Sequence record: NC_049850.1
Direction: 5' to 3' (one strand)
DNA: 64,000 nt
Positions 1-8,888 of the stretch are shown in pieces; the first letter of the stretch is position 1; every line of letters starts with the position of its first letter. The position numbers and the translations under genes are program-made. The notes beneath the pieces are model-generated. The model did no database searches. It was not told where the DNA came from and was given only the letters and a program-made list of their open reading frames with translations.

Positions 1-395
1 CTGGCTCTACGAGCCCGGGCCCCAGCCTCGCAAACGGCTTGCAGAGCAGCAGCGCCTGCGGGCTCCCAAGCATGGGCCTGTACGGCGGGGGTTACGATAA
101 CACGGCCGCTGCGCGTACTGCTGCCACGTGGAAGTACACGTACGGTGCGGGCACCCTAGTTTCTGGGACCGCTCTTAGCGTACCGCGTAACCTGCTGGCC
201 GCCACTAACTCCGACAAGACCGGAGTGTTCGGCGGTGGTATCGGTGATGCCAACGGATCGTATTACTCCACGGTCGACCTGTACGCGTTTGCCACAGACA
301 CGGTAACAGCAGGCGCGAGTCTTGGGACCCCCACAAACGACTTGGCTGCGGCCTCGTCTCCTAACGGTGGACTCACGCCCCCGACAACGCCTTAA
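1..395 (+). CDS. 3' end of a Gly/Ser/Thr-rich repeat protein (Kelch-like beta-propeller repeats), likely a virion/tail fibre protein; begins before the window
   Basis: Frame open from base 3 to TAA 393-395; ~49-aa repeats with G(L/V)(Y/F)GGG...Y.(Y/F)....V..G..L. Confidence 0.55.
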   Translation, partial: GSTSPGPSLANGLQSSSACGLPSMGLYGGGYDNTAAARTAATWKYTYGAGTLVSGTALSVPRNLLAATNSDKTGVFGGGIGDANGSYYSTVDLYAFATDTVTAGASLGTPTNDLAAASSPNGGLTPPTTP

Positions 396-646
396 TGCCT
401 GTTGCTATAGAGGTAGGGGAATGCGATGGACTTCCACGCACCCCTTTCCAGCGGAGACGAGAACTCAAACTCCGGATCACCCACGGCTCCGCGCACGGCC
501 GCCAGAATGATGTCACCACACTGGGAGCCGGAAGCACGCAGCATCAGCAGGTTGCTGATAAACGGGCCCCACAGTTCCGCAGGCGCGTGCGAATAGCCCG
601 GCTTGAGCGGTGCTTCGCTTTCCGTGAATACCTGATCTGCAATCAT
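392..646 (-). CDS. hypothetical protein (84 aa)
   Basis: GGAG RBS 5 nt before ATG 646; stop overlaps the convergent + gene stop (TTAA). Confidence 0.55.
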   Translation of the reverse strand: MIADQVFTESEAPLKPGYSHAPAELWGPFISNLLMLRASGSQCGDIILAAVRGAVGDPEFEFSSPLERGAWKSIAFPYLYSNRH

Positions 647-661
647 GTCGACTCCCATAAA

Positions 662-696
662 CAAAGAACCCCCAGTCTAGCTGGGGGTTTTTCATT
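662..696. terminator. intrinsic terminator (bidirectional-type)
   Basis: AACCCCCAG-tctag-CTGGGGGTT hairpin with A/T tracts on both sides. Confidence 0.8.
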
Positions 697-708
697 TGTC
701 AACCGCTT

Positions 709-1452
709 TTACAGCGACGCGTCGAGATAGCCGTACTCGTACCCGATCCCCGCCAAAGTGAGCGAGAACCCCATCGAGAAACGAAATGCCACGTATTTGG
801 CGGTTCGTTCAATGTCGGGATAGCGGTCTTCCTTCAGCGGGGCCGGAGGCCCCTTATAGACACGCGTACGGTGGAAGTCACCGATGCTGATGGCGCTCAC
901 GGTCAGGGCTTCGGTCGGGTCAAGAACCTCGTTCTCTAGCGTCTCGTTGAGGGTGATGCGCTGAATGCCGCAGTCGAAGTTGGAAATCAGATCGAGAAGA
1001 TCGTCATTCTGTGCCACGACCGCATAGGTGTTTGGGGTCGTGAGACGCGACGCCAGATCACGCGAAGTCGCTTCGACGATTGGGGTGCGCCCCTGACGGA
1101 TCAGGTTCATGGCCATGCGCTCGACGCCAATGCGTAACGAATTGACCAAACCCGTGATCCTTTCGCGGGTCTTGGTCTCGTCGTCACTGTACAGAAACGC
1201 CGGACACACGCTGATGTGAACAGTCTTGGTTTCGCTGGTTTCAGCGACCTGCTCGACCTGCGTCGGGCTTAGGGCACGATACGCGCCGGGCGTTGCGATC
1301 ACGGGTGCTCCGGATGGACGGAACAGCGAAAGAATCTTCGACGACGCTACGTTAGCAGCGATCTCGTCACAGAGGATTTCCGCAACGTGTTCATACTTCT
1401 GCTTGTGTAGTAGTTCAACTACTTGGTCTACGGTACTGGGACTCAATGTCAC
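709..1452 (-). CDS. hypothetical protein (247 aa)
   Basis: ORF with GTG start and AGGAG RBS. Confidence 0.8.
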   Translation of the reverse strand: MTLSPSTVDQVVELLHKQKYEHVAEILCDEIAANVASSKILSLFRPSGAPVIATPGAYRALSPTQVEQVAETSETKTVHISVCPAFLYSDDETKTRERITGLVNSLRIGVERMAMNLIRQGRTPIVEATSRDLASRLTTPNTYAVVAQNDDLLDLISNFDCGIQRITLNETLENEVLDPTEALTVSAISIGDFHRTRVYKGPPAPLKEDRYPDIERTAKYVAFRFSMGFSLTLAGIGYEYGYLDASL

Positions 1453-1466
1453 TCCTGATGTAGAAA

Positions 1467-1488
1467 GGGGCCCGGTTTCCCGAGCCCC
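1467..1488 (-). terminator. probable terminator after nadV
   Basis: GGGGC.CGG-tttc-CCG.GCCCC hairpin followed by TTTC on the minus strand. Confidence 0.55.
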
Positions 1489-1496
1489 GTTACGTT

Positions 1497-2963
1497 TTAC
1501 AGCACGATCAGGTCAGTGTTGTGCGCATAAGGCTGCGCAAACCGCTTTGCCAGTTCGGCCCCGGCTTCGGCCGCCGCACGCACCTCACTGAACGTCTGCT
1601 CGTTGAACAGCTTGCCGTCTTCGTAGACGGTGCGCAGGATGTTTTCCCGGGCCCCGAGTTCCGACGACTGAATGACTTCGAGGATGCCGCTCTCGTTGCG
1701 GACCACCGCTAGGTGCCCCTTGAGCGACTTCTTCGACGACGCAGTGATCGGGTCCTTCATAATCCCGGTCCATGCCTCGCGGCCATTCGTGACAGCACTT
1801 GCCTTCTGGGCGTGACCCAGTACGTCCCGGTTGGTAGCTTGAAGCAGTGCGCCACCCATGCCGAATGCTACGTTCTCGGCGCTGAATCCGTGGAGTTCGA
1901 GGGCCCGCAGGATCGCGATGATCGAATCACGGTTCACACCGTCACCCTGAATCACACGCACGCTCGGGTGGAGCACCTTGAAGCCCTTGCTGTTGACGTT
2001 CACGCCGAAGCTTGCGGCCAGCGACTTGACGCAGTACAGCACCACGGAAACCGGGTCTCCCGAGTCCGGGCGAATAACGACACGCCCACCCTTCGACAAG
2101 ACCTTCTCCTTCAACTGCTTGCCCCAGATGTTGTCGACAGCATTGTAGATGTCGTATGCATCCGAGACGCAGGCATACACGCGCCCTTCCCCACCGAACT
2201 TGTCGATCATGTTCGAGTAGGCGTCGGCTTCGCGGTCGCGACCCCACGAAGTCACCGTGAAGTGCTCCATGGCCGGGATCGAGAAACCAGCGGCAGTCTC
2301 GTCGTAGTAACGATGAGCGGCCACCAGTGCCGGAACCGTATCGGTCCCGAGGAAGTTCACGAGGTGGGCCATGCCACCCAGTGCTGCCGTTTGCACCGAC
2401 GATGCGCCACGTGCTCCGAAGTCGTGCAGCATAAACTTAACTGCGGACTCAGGATCGTCACACGTGCGGTTGAGGAACGCGCGCAGGTCCTGCTTGATGT
2501 GCCACGAGAGCGTTGCGACAGCCGTTGCGTACCATACAGCGCGCAACAGTCGCGTCTCCATGAACTGACCGAGTTCTGCGAATCCGGGAGCCGTGTTCCG
2601 CACTTGGTAATACGGGACGTGGTTCGGGACGAGCGTACCCTCGGGCAGAGCCGAAATGCTCACGGGCGGAAGACCACCGTGCTCGTTGACGATGCGCATG
2701 AACTGCTCGTACGGGAACGTTCCCGAGTGAGCCATCGCGATATCACGAGCCTCTTCTACTTGTTCGCGCGTCAGCGGGTTTGCCACGATATTCCGCAACT
2801 CTGCCTGAAGGCCGAAGAAGATGGAAGCGCGGTATTCCTTGTCCGACCGTGCCGAGCAGTACGACGATGCGAACTGGACTCCGGCCGGAAGCTGCTCCGA
2901 ATGGCTCCATTTGTAGCTGTCGGTGTCGAGCGCGAACGAGATAGCGAGATTGGTATTTTCCAT
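1497..2963 (-). CDS. nadV: nicotinamide phosphoribosyltransferase (NAMPT)
   Basis: DTDSYKWSH, LHDFGARG, SIPAMEH, VIRPDSGDP, VIQGDG, AFGMGGALLQ motifs; AGGAG RBS before ATG 2963. Confidence 0.97.
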   Translation of the reverse strand: MENTNLAISFALDTDSYKWSHSEQLPAGVQFASSYCSARSDKEYRASIFFGLQAELRNIVANPLTREQVEEARDIAMAHSGTFPYEQFMRIVNEHGGLPPVSISALPEGTLVPNHVPYYQVRNTAPGFAELGQFMETRLLRAVWYATAVATLSWHIKQDLRAFLNRTCDDPESAVKFMLHDFGARGASSVQTAALGGMAHLVNFLGTDTVPALVAAHRYYDETAAGFSIPAMEHFTVTSWGRDREADAYSNMIDKFGGEGRVYACVSDAYDIYNAVDNIWGKQLKEKVLSKGGRVVIRPDSGDPVSVVLYCVKSLAASFGVNVNSKGFKVLHPSVRVIQGDGVNRDSIIAILRALELHGFSAENVAFGMGGALLQATNRDVLGHAQKASAVTNGREAWTGIMKDPITASSKKSLKGHLAVVRNESGILEVIQSSELGARENILRTVYEDGKLFNEQTFSEVRAAAEAGAELAKRFAQPYAHNTDLIVL

Positions 2964-3040
2964 GATTTGCAACTCCTGTTGCTGAAAGGTTGAGAAACCG
3001 TGTGCTCTTGCTCACGGGTACTACGGCACTGCTCACGCGC

Positions 3041-3364
3041 TCACTCTTGGAGTCGCGCTTCTTCTGACGGCAGGCCAATGTCTTTTGCACCGGCCGCCGC
3101 CAACTCCTTGATCCTGTTGATCGTTGTTTCCTTCATGGAGACATACGAACGCCTTCCGTCTTCCGTGCGCACGGGCACCAGACGCGACTTCGGGAACTTG
3201 TTGATAGCGCAGTCCATCGCATCGTGGATGATAGGTGTCGGGGCCGTTCGGAGACCACGACATGCTGCCTGATCCTTCGGCATGAACTGCCACGCAGGCG
3301 GCCCATCGATGATTCGGATTTGAGCGTTGTCCGGAAATTCGAAAGTTGCCACGCACACCCCCAT
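3041..3364 (-). CDS. hypothetical protein, possible C-terminal ribbon-helix-helix
   Basis: 107-aa ORF between the NAD genes; RSYVSMKETTINRIKELAAA resembles an RHH strand plus helix. Confidence 0.7.
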   Translation of the reverse strand: MGVCVATFEFPDNAQIRIIDGPPAWQFMPKDQAACRGLRTAPTPIIHDAMDCAINKFPKSRLVPVRTEDGRRSYVSMKETTINRIKELAAAGAKDIGLPSEEARLQE

Positions 3365-3414
3365 GAATTAAACAGTACAGCTATTCTGCCAGACTTCGGT
3401 CGATCAGTCAAACA

Positions 3415-4521
3415 TTAATCTACAGGGATGAGATCGATCATCTTCTGGACGATGAAGAAGTGGTCGCTGTACATTTCCTTCGGGTCCAGCAGGCCGAGCG
3501 GCACCCACCGAACTTCCGCGAAGTCGTCGTCGGCCTTCACCTCGATCAGCTTCTCTGCGTCGTTCAGCAGGTACAGGTAGGCGTGCGTGACGATACGACC
3601 ACGCGTCTCGCCACGGTTCGGGTCCGAGAACACATGCTTGAATCGGAAAGCCAGCTTCATCGTGTCACGGCTCACCCGAATGCACGTCTCTTCGACAGCT
3701 TCACGGCACGAAGTGTTGAAGATGGTTTCGCCTGCGTGGGCAAACCCACCCGGCAGCGCCCACAGGCCCTTGCCCGGATTGAACTTGCGTCGCCCCAGCA
3801 GAACGTGGCCACTCTGGATGATCACCGAGTCTGCCGTCGTCATGATCGGCGCGTAGCTCTTGCCCTTGCCATCGCGACCACGGTAGCCGTGCTCTTTCAG
3901 ATACTCCTTCGAGAACTTGATCTCGGCGTTGAGCGCGTCGATCACGTCGAGGTGTGCCCAGCCCCAGTGTTTGAGATAGGATTTCACTTCCGGATGCACG
4001 AGTTCCGTGATATCCGTGATGCCCTGTTCCCAACATTGACCGCCACCGAACAACAGGTTGCGGACCGTCGTTGCGTCCAGCACTTCTCCGTTGACATTGA
4101 AACTGTTGACGCAGCGCGAATCCCACTGCGGGAACTTCTTCAGGTAGTAGGACGAGTCGTCCTTCGAGTGGCCGATCAATCGGACCTCGACCTCGTGACC
4201 GCCAGCCCGAATCATCTGCACGTAGCGGTCGACCTCGCGATGCACGGCCGCCATCCACTTGAAGTCGTTCTCGTGGAGGAAGTCGTCCAGCGTTTCGAAC
4301 GCGATCTTGCTCACATTCTCCTGCTCACCATAGACGGCGCGAAGCATGTCGATCACTTCGCATGCGGTCCACGGATTCTTGACGGTGCGCGGACGGTTTG
4401 CCGAGCCCACCAGAACCAACGTCAGGTCCGAGATCGCAAGACTCGTATCGATGATCTGCTGGTGGCCGAGGTGGAGAGGGCGAAAGCGGCCGATGAAGAC
4501 CGAAAGTTTCTTGATGCTCAT
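3415..4521 (-). CDS. bifunctional NMN adenylyltransferase / ADP-ribose Nudix hydrolase (NadM-Nudix, NatV-like)
   Basis: IGRFRPLHLGH (HxGH) N-domain; C-terminal Nudix box ALPGGF...REAVEET. Confidence 0.95.
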   Translation of the reverse strand: MSIKKLSVFIGRFRPLHLGHQQIIDTSLAISDLTLVLVGSANRPRTVKNPWTACEVIDMLRAVYGEQENVSKIAFETLDDFLHENDFKWMAAVHREVDRYVQMIRAGGHEVEVRLIGHSKDDSSYYLKKFPQWDSRCVNSFNVNGEVLDATTVRNLLFGGGQCWEQGITDITELVHPEVKSYLKHWGWAHLDVIDALNAEIKFSKEYLKEHGYRGRDGKGKSYAPIMTTADSVIIQSGHVLLGRRKFNPGKGLWALPGGFAHAGETIFNTSCREAVEETCIRVSRDTMKLAFRFKHVFSDPNRGETRGRIVTHAYLYLLNDAEKLIEVKADDDFAEVRWVPLGLLDPKEMYSDHFFIVQKMIDLIPVD

Positions 4522-4592
4522 GTGCAACTCCTGTTGCTAGTGGGTTAAAAGCGAGGCTCTTGCCTCACCTACTCTTTACTACGGGGCCCAGT

Positions 4593-4826
4593 TTAAACCG
4601 AAACCCCAAGAAGTTCAAGCTCACCTTTCGTGATCTTGATCTTCAGTCGCGTAACCGCCAGTTCCTTCTGGGCACTACGGATGTCGTAGGCCGCGCGGTA
4701 CGAGATTTGGGACGATTCGTTGAGAAGGTCGACGAGCGCCGTGGTGTCGGCCTCAAGCCCGACCTCGATGATCGAGAGTTTGCGCAGGCGGCGCTTCAGG
4801 ATCGCGATCTTGAATTTCTTGAACAT
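4593..4826 (-). CDS. hypothetical coiled-coil protein
   Basis: ORF; start at MFKK chosen downstream of the terminator hairpin. Confidence 0.6.
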   Translation of the reverse strand: MFKKFKIAILKRRLRKLSIIEVGLEADTTALVDLLNESSQISYRAAYDIRSAQKELAVTRLKIKITKGELELLGVSV

Positions 4827-4829
4827 ATG

Positions 4830-4859
4830 AAAAAGCCCCTGTGGTTTAGACAAGGGCTT
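4830..4859 (-). terminator. terminator after the DNA ligase gene
   Basis: Minus strand AAGCCCTTG...CAGGGGCTT followed by TTT. Confidence 0.65.
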
Positions 4860-4878
4860 ATTCTACAGCAACAACGTT

Positions 4879-6777
4879 TTACGTCAAGTACTTCGTGGTG
4901 AATTGCGCCCACGTCATGGCTTTCGATCCAGCCTTCTCGATCTTGCCCACGAACTTCGCGCCTTCACGGTACAGCAGCACCGTCATCTTCGAGCCGTAGG
5001 GCACAACCGTGCCGCCCAGACTTTCGACTTTGGCCTCTTCGTCCTTTGAACGGTAGCTCGTCCATGCGACGTTGACGCCCGCCAACTTGGTGCCTGATGC
5101 CTGCTTCTTCTGCGGCAGATCGCCGTCGATCTTGATCATGCCTTTGAGCGGCCGATACCATTTGCGGAACTCATACACGCCCTTGACCAGAACTTCGATG
5201 GTGGCGTGCTTGAACCCACGAATCTTCCCGACCTCGTTCCAGATGCCGTGCCTGTCGAGGTTGCAAAGCGTTTTCATGCTCATGCCTGCCTCTTCAAGCT
5301 GTGCCAGTTTCCGGACACCCATACCGCCTTCGGTGAAGCAACCGCTTGCCACCATCAGGGACTTGAGCGAGACCGGAGCGCATAGCACACGCTTCAGTTC
5401 CCGCATCATCTTCGGCCACTGTGCCTTTCCGAACTCGGCAATGCATCCAGCCTCGAACGCCGATGGCAGCGGCTGTGTCGCCACCTGCACCAACTTGTCG
5501 GTCGTCGTGATGCCCATATCGTACAGCTTGGCCAACGACTTCTCCGCGAACTGCTCGATGCCGAGCGTCGTGCAGAAGAAGTGCAGGCGACGCACGTCTG
5601 TCACCGTCGTGTCATTGTCGAGTGCATACACGAACCGACCACGGAACTCATACGGGCCCGGGGGCGGCGTCCATGCCGCGCGCTTGACCGTCCCCACGAT
5701 CTTCGGGATCACGTCGCCCGAGCGCAGAATCCGGACAAGCGCCCCCACACCGATACCCTTCTCCTTCATCCACGTTGCATTGTGGGCCGTTGCCTGCGTT
5801 ACAGTCACACCGTCGATCTCAATAGGTTTGATCTTGATCTTCGGTTGCCAGCGGCCGAGGCGCGTCTTCTTCCACTGGATGGCAATCACCTCTACCACAT
5901 CGGCGTTTGCTTCGTCATTGACCTTGAACGCGAACATTCGCTTTGGCTTGTCCGCGCTATCGTAGTCCATCACGAAGTCCACGGGGCTCACAACAAACCC
6001 GTCCAGCCGGTATGGGCTCAGGTAGCGCGCCTTGTTAAGCTGCTCCGTCAGGTACGCAGCATCCAGCTTGTCCAGACGGCCATAGGTAACGACCTCGAAC
6101 CCCCACGTGTCTGCGTTCTTGAGGCTGCGCAGCAACAGCGTTTCGTCCGCATTCGGGTATATGCCGAGCACGACCAGTGACACGTCCTTGAGAGCCCGTG
6201 ACGACCACGACCGGTTGAACAGGCCGTTGACCATAGCCCGTGCGTTCTCGAACCCGTTCTCACCTGCTGCCTGCTTGCTGTACTTCTTCTGGAACTTCTC
6301 GTCGGCCATCAGGGCTTCGAGGCGCAACACGGTCTGCGCCTTAGTCGGGATAGTGGCCGGGATACGCTTGTACTCCACCAGTTTCGGGATCAGGTACGAC
6401 ACGTCGCGCCCAACCTCACCGTCACCACGGGTGATCAGCATTCTGGGCTTGCGGCCCTTGTACACGAGTTGCAGGCTCGTGCCGTCCAGCTTCGACATCC
6501 CGAAGTACTTGGTGGTCGAAGGCTCGCGCTTTGCGAATTTGGGCACGTCTTCCGGATACGCCTTTTCCAAGCTTGGCATAAAGTGCACGAGTTCGACCGC
6601 TTCCTTTTCGTCCGCTATACGTACGCCAGTCTGGTCGAGTTCTTTCCAGTCCGGCGCACGTTTGCGAAGCTGGTCTTCGAGGTGATCGAATTCCGGATCG
6701 CTGATAATCTCCTTCTCTTCGTTGTAGTACGCCCACTTGGCGCGCACGTACAACTCCTTCATTTCAGAAAGCTTCAT
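4879..6777 (-). CDS. ligA: NAD+-dependent DNA ligase
   Basis: Ia domain (AYYN...ISDPEFD.L), KLDG adenylation motif, YRLDGFVV, OB-fold (RSGDVIPKI), HhH and BRCT-like C-terminus; ATGA overlap with upstream gene. Confidence 0.95.
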   Translation of the reverse strand: MKLSEMKELYVRAKWAYYNEEKEIISDPEFDHLEDQLRKRAPDWKELDQTGVRIADEKEAVELVHFMPSLEKAYPEDVPKFAKREPSTTKYFGMSKLDGTSLQLVYKGRKPRMLITRGDGEVGRDVSYLIPKLVEYKRIPATIPTKAQTVLRLEALMADEKFQKKYSKQAAGENGFENARAMVNGLFNRSWSSRALKDVSLVVLGIYPNADETLLLRSLKNADTWGFEVVTYGRLDKLDAAYLTEQLNKARYLSPYRLDGFVVSPVDFVMDYDSADKPKRMFAFKVNDEANADVVEVIAIQWKKTRLGRWQPKIKIKPIEIDGVTVTQATAHNATWMKEKGIGVGALVRILRSGDVIPKIVGTVKRAAWTPPPGPYEFRGRFVYALDNDTTVTDVRRLHFFCTTLGIEQFAEKSLAKLYDMGITTTDKLVQVATQPLPSAFEAGCIAEFGKAQWPKMMRELKRVLCAPVSLKSLMVASGCFTEGGMGVRKLAQLEEAGMSMKTLCNLDRHGIWNEVGKIRGFKHATIEVLVKGVYEFRKWYRPLKGMIKIDGDLPQKKQASGTKLAGVNVAWTSYRSKDEEAKVESLGGTVVPYGSKMTVLLYREGAKFVGKIEKAGSKAMTWAQFTTKYLT

Positions 6778-6965
6778 TTCACAATCCCGTTGTCTTCGAC
6801 ATGCTTCACGAATTGCGTGATCTCGGTCCACGCGCGATCAAACTTCGGATCGCTGTTCCAGTAGGTGCCAAGCAACGCATCCATTTCGCCCTTGGCACGC
6901 GCCCACGCTTGTGCGCGCATCGTCTTGAGTAGTTGTTCGTTACAGATGGACAATCGTTTCTCCAT
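6774..6965 (-). CDS. hypothetical protein (63 aa)
   Basis: ORF coupled to ligA. Confidence 0.6.
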   Translation of the reverse strand: MEKRLSICNEQLLKTMRAQAWARAKGEMDALLGTYWNSDPKFDRAWTEITQFVKHVEDNGIVK

Positions 6966-7002
6966 AGTCAAAGGGCGGCTCCGAAGAACCGCCCTTGGGG
7001 GC

Positions 7003-7254
7003 TTACACCTCTGCGTGTTCCTCGATGTACTCCGCAAACTGCTGCGGCGTCTGGAGCGTCACGGTCTCGGTGTTGTACTGCTCTTCACCGAAGCTCATGC
7101 TGAACTCGTCTTCGAGGGCCATCAGAAAGTCGGTCAGGTCGAGATCGTCGAAATGGTTCAGAAGTTTTGTGCCCGGAACCACGATCACCGCGTCGTCGCG
7201 CAGCAGGTCTTGGGCTTCTTGCATTACGACCGTCAGAATCTGATGAAAATCCAC
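7003..7254 (-). CDS. acyl carrier protein-like protein lacking the phosphopantetheine serine
   Basis: 83 aa, very acidic; FDDLDLTDFLMALEDEF aligns with ACP DSLD..ELVMALEEEF; ends TPQQFAEYIE. Confidence 0.8.
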   Translation of the reverse strand: MDFHQILTVVMQEAQDLLRDDAVIVVPGTKLLNHFDDLDLTDFLMALEDEFSMSFGEEQYNTETVTLQTPQQFAEYIEEHAEV

Positions 7255-7289
7255 TTGCTTGTTTCCTTTGCTTCGGTTGAGGGTTGGTG

Positions 7290-7742
7290 TTACTTGATGC
7301 CGAGGATTCGGCGGTCTTCGGCACTCAGGCCGTCCAGCAGTTCTTTACGACGGACCGCGTCACGCTTCTGCGCGTCACGCTGTTCTTCCAGATACGCCAT
7401 CGACCGGTCGAAAACCTCGAACTCCCAGTCTTCGGATGCCACGTTGATGAACTCCGTGGTTTCTTCGGTGTGGCTGAAGTTGCCTTGAACGTCAAGGCAT
7501 ACCATCGGGAATTCAATGTCGAAGCCCGGATACAGAAGCGTTGCGCCGTACGCGAACGGATTCTTGATCGCGAATCGCACGTCGAAGCCGAGTGCGGCAG
7601 CGCGTACCATGGCCGCCCATACGCGTGTCTCGTTGGCCTTCAACTTCTCTTCACGCTCACGCTGGGCTGCATCCACCATAGCCTGCGTTTCGGCCTTGGT
7701 GCGCATGCTGCGGGCGCGCGGGGTCACTTTCTTAGTTGCCAT
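7290..7742 (-). CDS. hypothetical protein
   Basis: 150-aa ORF with AAGGAG RBS. Confidence 0.8.
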   Translation of the reverse strand: MATKKVTPRARSMRTKAETQAMVDAAQREREEKLKANETRVWAAMVRAAALGFDVRFAIKNPFAYGATLLYPGFDIEFPMVCLDVQGNFSHTEETTEFINVASEDWEFEVFDRSMAYLEEQRDAQKRDAVRRKELLDGLSAEDRRILGIK

Positions 7743-7750
7743 GATACTCC

Positions 7751-8155
7751 TTATACGAGGGTCGCGATGTGGCCAGCGTGCTTATGGCGCGGCGTATTCA
7801 CGCAGCCTTCAGCACGAATCCGGTTGGTCAGGTAGTCGTCGGCCAGCACATGCATGACGTGCGAACACGTGACATAGGTGTGCGGGCTGTCGTACGACTT
7901 CTGTCGCGCGATCTCGGAGTCGAGACGGTCGCGTTCGACTGCGTAGGTCCAACCGTCCGGCCGCGCGAACCCGTCTTCGTGTTCCGTCCACTCGATGGCC
8001 AGAACCACGGTCCCGGTGATCGGGTGGCCGACCGCACACTCGGGGGCCGGTTGAATCTCCGACTTGATGCGGTCCGTTGCCGGGCTCACAATCTCGCGTT
8101 GATGCCGACGGGCTGCTCGGTGAGCCTCTTCTTCGGCCATTGCAAAATTCATCAT
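7751..8155 (-). CDS. hypothetical protein
   Basis: 134-aa ORF, overlaps upstream stop. Confidence 0.75.
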   Translation of the reverse strand: MMNFAMAEEEAHRAARRHQREIVSPATDRIKSEIQPAPECAVGHPITGTVVLAIEWTEHEDGFARPDGWTYAVERDRLDSEIARQKSYDSPHTYVTCSHVMHVLADDYLTNRIRAEGCVNTPRHKHAGHIATLV

Positions 8156-8832
8156 CGTTTGTCCTCCAGATAGGTGATGGGGCTGTTGCTGTTTTTGAGT
8201 GCCGTAGCCAGTCCGAGGCGCGTCAAAGCTGCCTGAGCGTACGACGTGATTTCGGTCTTTGCCTTCGACAGCGTGTTCTCGATGTACTCACCGAATTGAC
8301 GCAGCACGAAGTTCAGGTTCGACTTCACGTTCATGCGGGCCGACTCGACGTGCCCCAGCAATTCGTCGCGCTGCTTGGAAGACAGCTTCGCTTCCTCTAA
8401 CTTCTCGGCCAGCACATCGAGCGCGTCCAACGCGTTCTGTGCGTACTTCCGTGTGTCAGCCCGGAACTTCGGTGCGACTTCCGCAATGTGCGGAATCTGC
8501 GGAATCGACTGCCCGTTGTAGCGGGTCAGCGTACACGGAACGCCGTTGCCCAGACCCATACTCGACATCAGCGACGCAAACTGAGCTTCCGACATCACGA
8601 TCTCGATCAACTGGCCCGTATGCGACTGCGTGTGCTGGTCTTCAGCGTAGCGTCGATACTGTTTCGACATGTTGATCGTCAGCGAGATCGAGTGCTGGTG
8701 CTCGAAGTCCGAGCCATACAGATACTGGGTGCCGGAGCGACGCGTGATCGCGATCTGGGCAAACGCAGGATGCTCGTAGCGGATACGATCACCCTCGTTG
8801 AACTCCTTCACGTCTTCGAATTGCATTGCCAT
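8152..8832 (-). CDS. conserved phage hypothetical protein
   Basis: 226-aa ORF with AAGGAGG RBS. Confidence 0.8.
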   Translation of the reverse strand: MAMQFEDVKEFNEGDRIRYEHPAFAQIAITRRSGTQYLYGSDFEHQHSISLTINMSKQYRRYAEDQHTQSHTGQLIEIVMSEAQFASLMSSMGLGNGVPCTLTRYNGQSIPQIPHIAEVAPKFRADTRKYAQNALDALDVLAEKLEEAKLSSKQRDELLGHVESARMNVKSNLNFVLRQFGEYIENTLSKAKTEITSYAQAALTRLGLATALKNSNSPITYLEDKR

Positions 8833-8859
8833 GAATCCTCCTTGGTATACAGTGACGCT

Positions 8860-8888
8860 ATTTTATTCTATCAGTCGCTATGCGTCAA
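8860..8888 (-). promoter_or_regulatory. sigma70-like promoter
   Basis: TTGACG-N17-TAAAAT on the minus strand. Confidence 0.65.

Noticed and set aside
395-730. Plus-strand ORF coupled (TAATG) to the tail-like gene
   Set aside because: It runs through the terminator hairpin; the minus-strand ORF 392-646 has a better RBS and fits the local transcription direction
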